From contig CM082579.2 of NCBI GenBank assembly GCA_040954595.2, positions 10,591,625 to 10,655,624 on the forward strand: 64,000 bases of DNA, in the 5' to 3' direction. Shown piece after piece: positions 50,401 through 63,986 of this stretch. The position numbers and the translations under genes were made by a program. Every line of letters begins with the position of its first letter. Position 1 is the first letter of the stretch. The notes beneath the pieces are model-generated. The model searched no databases and had not been told where the DNA came from. It worked only from the letters and a program-made list of their open reading frames with translations. Source of the DNA: Balanoglossus misakiensis. Taxonomy: Eukaryota > Animalia > Hemichordata.

Positions 50401-53400
50401 TTTTTCGACTTAGCGAATTTTCAAAAATTCTTCATTTTTTTAAAAAAATCATGGGTTATAGCTCATGAAAATCTTCAAAAAAGGACGATTTTTCGACTTT
50501 GCGAATTTTCAAAATTTCTTCATTTTTTGATAAAAATTATGGGTTATAGCTCATGAAAATCTTTAAAAAAACGACAGTTTTTCGTCTTTGCGAATGTTCA
50601 AAATTTCTTCATTTTTTGATAAAAATCATGGGTTATAGCTCATGAAAATCTTCAAAAAAAGACGATTTTTTGACTTTGAGATTTTCAAAATTTCTTCATT
50701 TTTTGAAAAAAACCATGGGTTATAGCTCATGAAAATCTTCAAAAAACGACGATTTTTCGACTTAGCGAATTTACAAAAATTCTTCATTTTTTAAAAAAAA
50801 TCATGGGTTATAGCTCATGAAAATCTTCAAAAAACGACGATTTTTCGACTTAGCGAATTTTCAAAATTTCTTCATTTTTTGATAAAAATTATGGGTTATA
50901 GCTCATGAAAATCTTTAAAAAAACGACAGTTTTTCGTCTTTGCGAATTTTCAAAATTTCTTCATTTTTTGAAAAAAATCATGGGTTATAGCTCATGAAAA
51001 TCTTCAAAAAACGACGATTTTTCGACTTTGCGAATGTTCAAAAATTCTTCATTTTTTGATAAAAATCATGGGTTATAGCTCATGAAAATCTTCAAAAAAA
51101 GACGATTTTTTGACTTTGAGATTTTCAAAATTTCTTCATTTTTTGAAAAAAACCATGGGTTATAGCTCATGAAAATCTTCAAAAAACGACGATTTTTCGA
51201 CTTAGCGAATTTTCAAAAATTCTTCATTTTTTTAAAAAAATCATGGGTTATAGCTCATGAAAATCTTCAAAAAAGGACGATTTTTCGACTTTGCGAATTT
51301 TCAAAATTTCTTCATTTTTTGATAAAAATTATGGGTTATAGCTCATGAAAATCTTAAAAAAAACGTCAGTTTTTCGTCTTTGCGAATTTTCAAAATTTCT
51401 TCATTTTTTGAAAAAAATCATGGGTTATAGCTCATGAAAATCTTCAAAAAACGACGATTTTTCGACTTTGCGAATGTTCAAAAATTCTTCATTTTTTGAA
51501 AAAAATCATGGGTTATAGCTCATGAAAATCTTCAAAAAACGACGATTATTCGACTTTGCGAATGTTCAAAATTTCTTCATTTTTTGATAAAAATCATGGG
51601 TTATAGCTCATGAAAATCTTCAAAAAACGACGATTTTTCGACTTTGCGAATGTTCAAAATTTCTTCATTTTTTGATAAAAATTATGGGTTATAGCTCATG
51701 AAAATCTTCAAAAAACGACGATTTTTCGACTTTGCGAATTTTCAAAATTTCTTCATTTTTTGAAAAAAACCATGGGTTATAGCTCATGAAAATCTTCAAA
51801 AAACGACGATTTTTCGACTTTGCCAATTTTCAAAATTTCTTCATTTTTTGATAAAAATTATGGGTTATAGCACATGAAAATCTTCAAAAAACGACGATTT
51901 TTCGTCTTTGCGAATTTTCAAAATTTCTTCATTTTTTGATAAAAATCATGGGTTATAGCTCATGAAAATCTTCAAAAAACGACGATTTTTTGACTTTGCG
52001 AATTTTCAAAAATTCTTCATTTTTTGAAAAAAATCATGGGTTATAGCTCATGAAAATCTTCAAAAAACGACGATTATTCGACTTTGCGAATGTTCAAAAT
52101 TTCTTCATTTTTTGATAAAAATCATGGGTTATAGCTCATGAAAATCTTCAAAAAAAGACGATTTTTTGACTTTGAGATTTTCAAAATTTCTTCATTTTTT
52201 GAAAAAAACCATGGGTTATAGCTCATGAAAATCTTCAAAAAAGGACGATTTTTCGACTTTGCGAATTTTCAAAATTTCTTCATTTTTTGAAAAAAACCAT
52301 GGGTTATAGCTCATGAAAATCTTCAAAAAACGACGATTTTTCGACTTTGCCAATTTTCAAAATTTCTTCATTTTTTGATAAAAATTATGGGTTATAGCAC
52401 ATGAAAATCTTCAAAAAACGACGATTTTTCGTCTTTGCGAATTTTCAAAATTTCTTCATTTTTTGATAAAAATCATGGGTTATAGCTCATGAAAATCTTC
52501 AAAAAACGACGATTTTTCGACTTTGCGAATTTTCAAAAATTCTTCATTTTTTGAAAAAAATCATGGGTTATAGCTCATGAAAATCTTCAAAAAATGACGA
52601 TTATTCGACTTTGCGAATGTTCAAAATGTCTTCATTTTTTGATAAAAATCATGGGTTATAGCTCATGAAAATCTTCAAAAAAAGACGATTTTTTGACTTT
52701 GAGATTTTCAAAATTTCTTCATTTTTTGAAAAAAACCATGGGTTATAGCTCATGAAAATCTTCAAAAAACGAAGATTTTTCGACTTAGCGAATTTACAAA
52801 AATTCTTCATTTTTTTAAAAAAATCATGGGTTATAGCTCATGAAAATCTTCAAAAAAGGACGATTTTTCGACTTTGCGAATTTTCAAAATTTCTTCATTT
52901 TTTGATAAAAATTATGGGTTATAGCTCATGAAAATCTTAAAAAAAACGACAGTTTTTCGTCTTTGCGAATTTTCAAAATTTCTTCATTTTTTGAAAAAAA
53001 TCATGGGTTATAGCTCATGAAAATCTTCAAAAAACGACGATTTTTCGACTTTGCGAATGTTCAAAAATTCTTCATTTTTTGATAAAAATCATGGGTTATA
53101 GCTCATGAAAATCTTCAAAAAACGACGATTTTTCGACTTTGCGAATTTTCAAAAATTCTTCATTTTTTGAAAAAAATCATGGGTTATAGCTCATGAAAAT
53201 CTTCAAAAAACGACGATTATTCGACTTTGCGAATGTTCAAAATTTCTTCATTTTTTGATAAAAATCATGGGTTATAGCTCATGAAAATCTTCAAAAAAAG
53301 ACGATTTTTTGACTTTGAGATTTTCAAAATTTCTTCATTTTTTGAAAAAAACCATGGGTTATAGCTCATGAAAATCTTCAAAAAACGACGATTTTTCGAC

Positions 53401-56400
53401 TTAGCGAATTTTCAAAAATTCTTCATTTTTTTAAAAAAATCATGGGTTATAGCTCATGAAAATCTTCAAAAAAGGACGATTTTTCGACTTTGCGAATTTT
53501 CAAAATTTCTTCATTTTTTGATAAAAATTATGGGTTATAGCTCATGAAAATCTTTAAAAAAACGACAGTTTTTCGTCTTTGCGAATGTTCAAAATTTCTT
53601 CATTTTTTGATAAAAATCATGGGTTATAGCTCATGAAAATCTTCAAAAAAAGACGATTTTTTTGACTTTGAGATTTTCAAAATTTCTTCATTTTTTGAAA
53701 AAAACCATGGGTTATAGCTCATGAAAATCTTCAAAAAACGACGATTTTTCGACTTAGCGAATTTACAAAAATTCTTCATTTTTTTTAAAAAATCATGGGT
53801 TATAGCTCATGAAAATCTTCAAAAAACGACGATTTTTCGACTTAGCGAATTTTCAAAATTTCTTCATTTTTTGATAAAAATTATGGGTTATAGCTCATGA
53901 AAATCTTTAAAAAAACGACAGTTTTTCGTCTTTGCGAATTTTCAAAATTTCTTCATTTTTTGAAAAAAATCATGGGTTATAGCTCATGAAAATCTTCAAA
54001 AAACGACGATTTTTCGACTTTGCGAATGTTCAAAAATTCTTCATTTTTTGATAAAAATCATGGGTTATAGCTCATGAAAATCTTCAAAAAAAGACGATTT
54101 TTTGACTTTGAGATTTTCAAAATTTCTTCATTTTTTGAAAAAAACCATGGGTTATAGCTCATGAAAATCTTCAAAAAACGAAGATTTTTCGACTTAGCGA
54201 ATTTACAAAAATTCTTCATTTTTTAAAAAAAATCATGGGTTATAGCTCATGAAAATCTTCAAAAAAGGACGATTTTTCGACTTTGCGAATTTTCAAAATT
54301 GCTTCATTTTTTGATAAAAATTATGGGTTATAGCTCATGAAAATCTTAAAAAAAAACGACAGTTTTTCGTCTTTGCGAATTTTCAAAATTTCTTCATTTT
54401 TTGAAAAAAATCATGGGTTATAGCTCATGAAAATCTTCAAAAAAGGACGATTTTTCGACTTTGCGAATGTTCAAAAATTCTTCATTTTTTGATAAAAATC
54501 ATGGGTTATAGCTCATGAAAATCTTCAAAAAACGACGATTTTTCGACTTTGCGAATTTTCAAAAATTCTTCATTTTTTGAAAAAAATCATGGGTTATAGC
54601 TCATGAAAATCTTCAAAAAACGACGATTATTCGACTTTGCGAATGTTCAAAATTTCTTCATTTTTTGATAAAAATCATGGGTTATAGCTCATGAAAATCT
54701 TCAAAAAAAGACGATTTTTTGACTTTGAGATTTTCAAAATTTCTTCATTTTTTGAAAAAAACCATGGGTTATAGCTCATGAAAATCTTCAAAAAACGACG
54801 ATTTTTCGACTTAGCGAATTTTCAAAAATTCTTCATTTTTTTAAAAAAATCATGGGTTATAGCTCATGAAAATCTTCAAAAAAGGACGATTTTTCGACTT
54901 TGCGAATTTTCAAAATTTCTTCATTTTTTGATAAAAATTATGGGTTATAGCTCATGAAAATCTTTAAAAAAACGACAGTTTTTCGTCTTTGCGAATGTTC
55001 AAAATTTCTTCATTTTTTGATAAAAATCATGGGTTATAGCTCATGAAAATCTTCAAAAAAAGACGATTTTTTGACTTTGAGATTTTCAAAATTTCTTCAT
55101 TTTTTGAAAAAAACCATGGGTTATAGCTCATGAAAATCTTCAAAAAACGACGATTTTTCGACTTAGCGAATTTACAAAAATTCTTCATTTTTTTTAAAAA
55201 ATCATGGGTTATAGCTCATGAAAATCTTCAAAAAAACGACGATTTTTCGACTTAGCGAATTTTCAAAATTTCTTCATTTTTTGATAAAAATTATGGGTTA
55301 TAGCTCATGAAAATCTTTAAAAAAACGACAGTTTTTCGTCTTTGCGAATTTTCAAAATTTCTTCATTTTTTGAAAAAAATCATGGGTTATAGCTCATGAA
55401 AATCTTCAAAAAACGACGATTTTTCGACTTTGCGAATGTTCAAAAATTCTTCATTTTTTGATAAAAATCATTGGTTATAGCTCATGAAAATCTTCAAAAA
55501 AAGACGATTTTTTGACTTTGAGATTTTCAAAATTTCTTCATTTTTTGAAAAAAACCATGGGTTATAGCTCATGAAAATCTTCAAAAAACGACGATTTTTC
55601 GACTTAGCGAATTTTCAAAAATTCTTCATTTTTTTAAAAAAATCATGGGTTATAGCTCATGAAAATCTTCAAAAAAGGACGATTTTTCGACTTTGCGAAT
55701 TTTCAAAATTTCTTCATTTTTTGATAAAAATTATGGGTTATAGCTCATGAAAATCTTTAAAAAAAACGACAGTTTTTCGTCTTTGCGAATTTTCAAAATT
55801 TCTTCATTTTTTGAAAAAAATCATGGGTTATAGCTCATGAAAATCTTCAAAAAACGACGATTTTTCGACTTTGCGAATGTTCAAAAATTCTTCATTTTTT
55901 GAAAAAAATCATGGGTTATAGCTCATGAAAATCTTCAAAAAACGACGATTATTCGACTTTGCGAATGTTCAAAATTTCTTCATTTTTTGATAAAAATCAT
56001 GGGTTATAGCTCATGAAAATCTTCAAAAAACGACGATTTTTCGACTTTGCGAATGTTCAAAATTTCTTCATTTTTTGATAAAAATTATGGGTTATAGCTC
56101 ATGAAAATCTTCAAAAAACGACGATTTTTCGACTTTGCGAATTTTCAAAATTTCTTCATTTTTTGAAAAAAACCATGGGTTATAGCTCATGAAAATCTTC
56201 AAAAAACGACGATTTTTCGACTTTGCCAATTTTCAAAATTTCTTCATTTTTTGATAAAAATTATGGGTTATAGCACATGAAAATCTTCAAAAAACGACGA
56301 TTTTTCGTCTTTGCGAATTTTCAAAATTTCTTCATTTTTTGATAAAAATCATGGGTTATAGCTCATGAAAATCTTCAAAAAACGACGATTTTTCGACTTT

Positions 56401-57978
56401 GCGAATTTTCAAAAATTCTTCATTTTTTGAAAAAAATCATGGGTTATAGCTCATGAAAATCTTCAAAAAACGACGATTATTCGACTTTGCGAATGTTCAA
56501 AATTTCTTCATTTTTTGATAAAAATCATGGGTTATAGCTCATGAAAATCTTCAAAAAAAGACGATTTTTTGACTTTGAGATTTTCAAAATTTCTTCATTT
56601 TTTGAAAAAAACCATGGGTTATAGCTCATGAAAATCTTCAAAAAACGACGATTTTTCGACTTAGCGAATTTACAAAAATTCTTCATTTTTTAAAAAAAAT
56701 CATGGGTTATAGCTCATGAAAATCTTCAAAAAAGGACGATTTTTCGACTTTGCGAATTTTCAAAATTTCTTCATTTTTTGATAAAAATTATGGGTTATAG
56801 CTCATGAAAATCTTTAAAAAAACGACAGTTTTTCGTCTTTGCGAATTTTCAAAATTTCTTCATTTTTTGAAAAAAATCATGGGTTATAGCTCATGAAAAT
56901 CTTCAAAAAACGACGATTATTCGACTTTGCGAATGTTCAAAATTTCTTCATTTTTTGATAAAAATCATGGGTTATAGCTCATGAAAATCTTCAAAAAAAG
57001 ACGATTTTTTGACTTTGAGAATTTTCAAAATTTCTTCATTTTTTGAAAAAAACCATGGGTTATAGCTCATGAAAATCTTCAAAAAACGACGATTTTTCGA
57101 CTTTGCCAATTTTCAAAATTTCTTGATTTTTTGATAAAAATCATGGGTTATAGCTCATGAAAATCTTCAAAAAACGACGATTTTTCGTCTTTGCGAATTT
57201 TCAAAATTTCTTCATTTTTTGATAAAAATTATGGGTTATAGCTCATGAAAATCTTTAAAAAAACGACAGTTTTTCGTCTTTGCGAATTTTCAAAATTTCT
57301 TCATTTTTTGAAAAAAAATCATGGGTTATAGCTCATGAAAATCTTCAAAAAACGACGATTATTCGACTTTGCGAATGTTCAAAATTTCTTCATTTTTTGA
57401 TAAAAATTATGGGTTATAGCTCATGAAAATCTTCAAAAAAAGACGATTTTTTGACTTTGAGAATTTTCAAAATTTCTTCATTTTTTGAAAAAAACCATGG
57501 GTTATAGCTCATGAAAATCTTCAAAAAACGACGATTTTTCGACTTTGCCAATTTTCAAAATTTCTTGATTTTTTGATAAAAATCATGGGTTATAGCTCAT
57601 GAAAATCTTCAAAAAAACGACGATTTTTCGTCTTTGCGAATTTTCAAAATTTCTTCATTTTTTGAAAAAAATCATGGGTTATAGCTCATGAAAATCTTCA
57701 AAAAACGACAATTTTTCGTCTTTGCGAATTTTCAAAATTTCTTCATTTTTTGAAAAAAAATCATGGGTGAAAATCTTCAAAAAACGACGATTTGAGCGTG
57801 GAAGGGTATCAGAAACTAAACAAGGATGACATGCAACCCATGAGGAATATCTACCTAAGTTTTGATAATCCCGTAGTGAAGTACTTGGATGGAGACAACA
57901 TTGAAATGGAAACTCGTAATCAAACGGAGGACACAGCGGACAAAATGGATTATAAAAATGTCTGAAGAGTCAACTTGT
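38408..57978 (-). mobile_element. Putative Helentron/HINE-like non-autonomous element hosting the satellite
   Basis: Left end ACAAG followed by an imperfect hairpin (gaaggaata...tatttcctc). Core-like motifs flank the array (ccatgtcaaaatttc; gaggaatatctacctaagtttt), and a cggagga..cggaca tract lies near the right end. Family assignment is by motif resemblance only. Confidence 0.45.
38958..57793. repeat. 88-bp AT-rich tandem satellite array, about 214 copies
   Basis: Consensus caaaatttcttcattttttgaaaaaaatcatgggttatagctcatgaaaatcttcaaaaaacgacgatttttcgactttgcgaatttt. The catgggttatag landmark recurs at 38986, 39074 and 39162 (88-bp period). Confidence 0.99.
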
Positions 57979-59689
57979 ATCACAGCACTTTTCAAAATTA
58001 ATGAGAATAAAAATATTACATGTAATACACCCCTAGATAAAATTATATATGGAATGCATATACCGGTAGAATCATGAACAAGATAGCCTCGGCCATATAG
58101 TCACTATCATTAGATGTTTGTTTTATCATTCCTTATTTTTTTCAGGCATTGGTACATGTAGTTGTAATGTTGTCTTGAGAAGCCAATTATTTGAGATTCT
58201 CACAGGCCTACCCTGGCTACTCATAAATAATTACACCACTTTTTTATGTACACCTTTAAAATATCAAGAGTAAGATATTTTACTCTAGAAATATATACAA
58301 GGAAAAAAAATGCTGCCAGTGGAATTTTGCAAAAAAAAATTTTTAAACAGCTTTAATGGTTTTAAAATAAACAATTACCGGTATATGGTATATATATTTA
58401 CAATTGTGTATTTGTCTATTTCCTTCGCTGATAATGCCAAAAAGTCGTATTGTTTCAAAAAGAGTAGTTCTAAAACATTGCTTGACAAACAAGAGAACTT
58501 TGTGTTAACTTTTTACTAACAATATATTTTCATGTGATTTGAAACACTAGCAGTATATAAGCTGCTGAAATGGATTGTATATGTACTAAGTTTGAATTGT
58601 CTAAGACAGTACTGTGTATTATGAACTTTTTAAACTATAAGTCAGATGGGAAACAACAAAGAAATCAAAGTTTAGAAGTAGTGCACTAGCTACAATATTT
58701 TAAAGTCTTTTTGAGGTATGTAGAAAATGGAATCAGAGATTGATTTATGCTTGTATGACAATTGATTTGTCAAACATTTTGTACATTTACAGTGATATCA
58801 ATAAAATTAACTTATTATAAACAGGAATGATGAACGTTGTTGTAAAAATGTGTTTATTTACAAAAAATATTGATTGATGCAGGCAACTGAGAGGTGTAAT
58901 AATTGTTGTGGTGGTTGGATGGTTTTTCTGTGAACGAGCTAGAGTACGCCTATCATTGCAGCTTAGTCAAAAGAAGAAAATATTCAGGTATTCAGAGAGG
59001 AACAGAATGGTGCACACAAAAGCAAAGTCGCTATAATGCTAGAAGAACACTAGGAAAGTGTTATTTTCCCCAAAAAATTTTACCAGTGTGTGAAATTTGC
59101 GCTATAGCATAAGAATAAAGCCTTCATTATTTCACCAACGATTTGAGAAAGCGATGGCATCACTTTGGAGACCTTGAAACCGAAAAGGTTAAGTTATGCA
59201 ATTGCTACTTCATTAGTAAAAGGAAATCCAATATAAGAAAAAAACACAGAGAGGGAAAGTGACCCAGGGCCCAAGGCCGGTCACTAAACTGTACCCGGCA
59301 GTTAGTTCCGGATTGGGGGTAGGTTGAACAGTCTGACATCAACTTCAAACAACGATGGGGTTGGAAGGAACCCAGTGTGCCTATCTGACAACTGTCCATG
59401 CCATTGACTGGCTTTTGTGAACTCTTGCCAGCGCCCAAGACATTAAGTTTCAACAAGTGGTTTGCTGATTGTGTCCTACGTTTCCGTCGACCCCTAGCAT
59501 ATTCTGCTTGCACTGCGGAAGCTAGTGTGATAATTACATACAATCGGATATACTTGTCTAATATATTTTGTGATTGTGGAATCATTATCAACACCAGGAA
59601 CTTCTACTATAGCCGAAATTTTCATAAGTCTTCTCATTGTCAGAGTTTAAGTCGGCCTTCAGGCACCGAATTTCACTTGGACAGTCGCC

Positions 59690-59738
59690 ATGACAAGATA
59701 TCTACAACTCATGTTTCTGTGCGCAGCCGTTGTCACAA
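59690..59738 (+). CDS. YWTD-EGF (LRP/LDLR-like) gene, signal-peptide exon
   Basis: gtcgccATGA context; MTRYLQLMFLCAAVVT; A|gtaagt donor, phase 1, compatible with the next exon. Confidence 0.75.
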
Positions 59739-60216
59739 GTAAGTCTATCAATTTCTTTTTTTTCCAACTGTACTTCTATATTTAATTATCTTCCAGATTC
59801 TATGTAGTGGTACTTGTAACATTTTTGGTCTAATATATAATAAGCGATTTTTAATTGCTTAATAATTATGTAAAGTAAACTGCTTTGACTCTTGAGACAA
59901 AACTTTAAGTTGCCACTTCTTAGAGAAGATAAGATCATCCGCCTTTCGGAATTGAAACTGAAATAATTGTGCCAGCGTTTCACTTGTACTGTGTTTTGCT
60001 TCCACAAAGGTACATTACTAAGTTGAAGTCTTGTTTATAATTTATGGACCAATAAATTTTATACCGTACATATGTCTCCAGCACTGACCAGATTTTACTA
60101 TAAACTTGATTGATTGGATTTTACAAGTGTAATCATCGAAAAGTGTATTACTTAGTCACCTTAGTTGTACACTGAGTACATTTAATTTTGATATTTTTTC
60201 TGCTTTAATTCAACAG

Positions 60217-60311
60217 ATGTGGACTCAACATTATTTGTAGCAAAAAAATTCAGTATTGTGAAAATTGATACAAGTACCAATAACCACACTATACTATATG
60301 GCAACTTACAG
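60217..60311 (+). CDS. YWTD-EGF gene exon 2
   Basis: caacag acceptor; NVDSTLFVAKKFSIVKIDTSTNNHTILYGNLQ; gtatgg donor. Confidence 0.8.
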
Positions 60312-60988
60312 GTATGGCTTTGTTTCGAATTTCTGTAAAACTATGCAAAACATGCAAAACATCAAATAGAATATATATAAATTACACGAGGTGCCTTGCC
60401 ATAATTCTTCATGTATTGGTAGAGATTTGAAATTGCAAAGTGAAGGCTGGGGGTGCAGATGGGGTTAGGGTTTTTTTCAAAGCTTAATAATTCTTTTTAC
60501 AAAGACAGTCTTAAAATTTGAAACTAAATTTTAATCAATCGGGGCAGTCTTTTGAAAAAGTTAATCAGAAAAGGTAAGAAATTCAAGGAAATTGTATCAG
60601 AACTCAAGAGAGTACATACTCCTGACCATAGAGGGCTTTATTTAGCCTAGTAATGCTCAGATTAGTTGAAAAACAGAAATGTCATATTCATATTATTGCT
60701 AAAAACTTGACTGTAGTTTAGCAGAAGTGAAAGTAGATGATTAGTCAACACAAAGCTTTAATTTCCTTGACATATACTATAACACAATCCAAAAAAAGAG
60801 TCCAGTTGACAACTTGAAAAGTGGACTGTCCCATTAATTTTATATCCAAACTCATTATAGTGGTTTGTATTCTTTCATATTCATATTCTTTCAAATCTTC
60901 AGATCACAATACTAAATTTCTCTTTTTCTCAGAGCCATCTTTAGAACTTTGCTCAATAAAAGATAATATGTATTTCTTTAATTTACAG

Positions 60989-61109
60989 GGAGCTGTGGCT
61001 GTAGCGGTGGATGTGGCGGACGGCCTTCTCTTCTGGGCAGATGTTTGGACTGGTTCAATCTTCCGAGGTAGCATCGATGGACAGCAAGCTGCACAGGAAA
61101 TCGTTACAG
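60989..61109 (+). CDS. YWTD-EGF gene exon 3
   Basis: GAVAVAVDVADGLLFWADVWTGSIFRGSIDGQQAAQEIVT (LDL-receptor class B repeat). Confidence 0.9.
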
Positions 61110-61892
61110 GTCTGATCTTTTAATGATCTCTGACTGTTGATGAGGGCACTATATTATCAAGCAGGGCTCTACAGAATGTCTTAGACAAATGTGAAACCAG
61201 TCTTTTATGCCTTCAAAGTTACAACTAGTATACACTGCATTGTTCACTATGCTATTTTATTTCTTCAGTGAGGCTTGACAACCCTTCAAAAAATGTTTTC
61301 CCAGCATTTATTTGCAAATTTAAATTCCAATATGTTGGATATTTAATGCAGCCAATTATTGGCTGCATTGGTTTTGAAATAAAACACAAAGCTTTGGAGA
61401 ATGTAATTAACATGACAATAGCATCTTGAGACCCTGGCAGTCAAATGTCTGATATGTGAGTGATGAACTTACCTGACCGCAGCAAGGATGATTCCAATAA
61501 ACATGTCAGGGTTAGGTTTTGCAATTTAGGTATTTAGTTAGGTATCTATTGTACAGTCGTGTGTAAATTTCCTCATGAGGATTCCATGCAGGAAGAAAAA
61601 CCCACAGCAATTCTGCTGTGTGATAATAAATAATTAACTTTGATGCATATTTAACTTTACTCTCTTGTATGTTGATTTTGTGTGTAACTTAAATCATGAA
61701 TATAAAGTTGTCTTTAAGTGTTAATGTACATTTAATAGAGTATCATTTTTCTTTGGTCAAGTGCATGGCTGGGGCAAAAAAAGTTTCTTTGATTTCTACT
61801 CACCTGTCTGCTCACCCCTTTTCTCCATCACTATACTTATTACAATCCCCACATCTTTAAGGCTTTACTTTGCCAAATTTACTCTTTTTCAG

Positions 61893-62067
61893 GTCTTGGT
61901 TTCCCTTATGGCCTGGCTGTGGACTGGGTATCCAATAATATCTATTGGACTGATAGCATCCTTGGAAAAATTGAAGTTGCAAAGAATGATGGGAGATTCC
62001 GCAGGACTCTACTGTATGATGGGTATGCAGGCTCCCCAGAAGGCATCGCTGTAAATCCGGCTGCTGG
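61893..62067 (+). CDS. YWTD-EGF gene exon 4
   Basis: GLGFPYGLAVDWVSNNIYWTDSILGKIEVAKNDGRFRRTLL...PEGIAVNPAAG, a canonical YWTD repeat. Confidence 0.93.
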
Positions 62068-62448
62068 GTGCGTATCATCACTCACTGATAATGATCGATC
62101 AAATTATGAATTAAATGTGTATACTCAACCCATAAGAATCAGTTTGCCACACATTTATCTACCGAGCACATGCCATAGTCCACTGCTTTACCAAGGTAAT
62201 GCTTGTGTTGTCTGTTTTTGAGGAAAGTGGCTTTGCTTTTAGGGGCATCATAACATGAACATAGTGAGTATAATAGCCTGTGATTCAAATAAAGAACATG
62301 TTTAAGAAACTCAATATATGTTATTTTCTGATGCAGCTACATTTTCCTAGTACCGTACAGAATTTATTGTTATGAGAAATTACAAAAATCACAGATTCAT
62401 CCATTCACCATCTGAAGCCAATTGTATTGTATTGTTTTACCTATACAG

Positions 62449-62571
62449 CTACATGTACTGGACAGATGGTTCTGGTTCAGTGGGATCAGCCAAACTAGAC
62501 GGTAGCAATCCCCAGTCACTTGTAAATAAAGGAGGAGATTATGGGTTCAATGAAATTGTGGTTGATTCACA
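62449..62571 (+). CDS. YWTD-EGF gene exon 5
   Basis: YMYWTDGSGSVGSAKLDGSNPQSLVNKGGDYGFNEIVVDS; gtaagt donor. Confidence 0.9.
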
Positions 62572-62689
62572 GTAAGTAGGGTTTAACTATTTGAAAGCAA
62601 TTGTAACCCTCAACGAAGTCCTCTGTGGGTATAAATAAAGTGTGCGTAGTCACATTGGCTCAATGGGTGTACTTGGTGCAGTGTTAGCC

Positions 62690-62862
62690 TAGACTCTCTC
62701 ACAGCCTAGCCCCTCATGCCGCCTATGCAGACTTATCGTCTGATTGAATGTGCGCCCCCAATGGCATAGTGAATTATCTCCGCTCCTAAACGGTTGAGGG
62801 CGCATCAGTGTACAACATGTAAAGAGCCTAATGTTGGCAACTATGGGCTGTGAGAGAGTCTA
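62690..62862. mobile_element. Small element with 17-bp inverted repeats in a YWTD-gene intron
   Basis: tagactctctcacagcc (62690-62706) / ggctgtgagagagtcta (62846-62862); TSD not clear. Confidence 0.55.
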
Positions 62863-63038
62863 TACTCTATTAAAGCACTAGCCTTGAATTTAAAACAGCC
62901 ACAATTCAAAAATCAAACTCAAAATTTCACAAATTTCATATTAAAAATATAAAACCGGGATGTACAATTAAAAGAAATGGTAACACTTTCAACTTTGCTA
63001 ATTCTGTTCATTCTGAATATGATATGCATTGCGTTCAG

Positions 63039-63448
63039 GAATAAGCTGTATTGGATTGATGGCAAACACCACACCATAGAATCCCTTCAGCATGGTAGCG
63101 TGGACCCACCAGTTCAAGTAGCGAACTTGTCATCAACCTCCAACGGAAAGATGATCGGACTGGCTTTGGAAGGGCAGACGCTGTACTTCTCAGTCTGGAC
63201 AGAAGGCACTGTTTATTCGGTATCTACATCTGGAACCAATGTTGAGAGCGTGGCCAGCGGTACTGGGAGGTATGTGAGAGGCCTTGCGGTGGCCGATATC
63301 TCCGTGCAGCCTGGAAGCAGCAACGCCTGTAGCAGCCAACCTTCGTATTGTTCTCAGCTGTGTCTGCCTACAAGTGCAACCACCAGGACGTGTGCCTGTT
63401 CTTCCTATGATGAACTGACGTTGATGTCTGGTGAAAGAACGTGTGATC
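63039..63448 (+). CDS. YWTD-EGF gene exon 6 (last blades plus EGF-like domain)
   Basis: NKLYWID...TLYFSVW..., then six-cysteine CSSQPSYCSQLCLPTSATTRTCACSSYDELTLMSGERTC; C|gtaagt donor, phase 1. Confidence 0.92.
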
Positions 63449-63986
63449 GTAAGTAGGATGGCATTTTATTTTGCAATTAGTGTACATGTACATTTCATCA
63501 TTCTTACGACAATGAAATAAATTGTTCTGGATTTACTGTGTTTTGTGGCATGGTGAACTTGACTTTATTTAAGACAATCAAAAGCTTCCTGGCATGATGA
63601 AAAGTTATGGGAAAAATAATTACAGTTGTCATCACTGTTATACATGTATGTCATTGGAAATGAAAAGACGTATGATAAGAAAAGATAAGATCACCCGCCT
63701 TATTCAGAATTGAAACTGAAATAATTCTGCCAACGTTTCAATACTTGTCATATAGAATTTTTCTTCAACTAATATACATTTCTATTTGAAATGTTGTGTT
63801 CATGGACTACATGTGTATAATAAATTTTATACAATAATCATGTCTCCAGCACTGACCCAGCTTTTACTATAATGTATAAACTTGATTGATCTGAAAGTGT
63901 ACTCACTGAGAACTGTATATAATAATTACTCACATTGGTTATATACTGAGAATGTTTAATTTTGATGTTTTTTCTGCTTTCAACAG

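Noticed and set aside
38958-57793. CRISPR-like regular repeat
   Set aside because: Units are contiguous and near-identical over their whole length, with no unique spacers and no cas genes. The context is eukaryotic, so this is a satellite.
786-63500. Frequent TACATGTA/ACATGT palindromes
   Set aside because: Dispersed throughout introns and intergenic DNA with no local structure; likely a genome-wide compositional trait that cannot be evaluated without counts.
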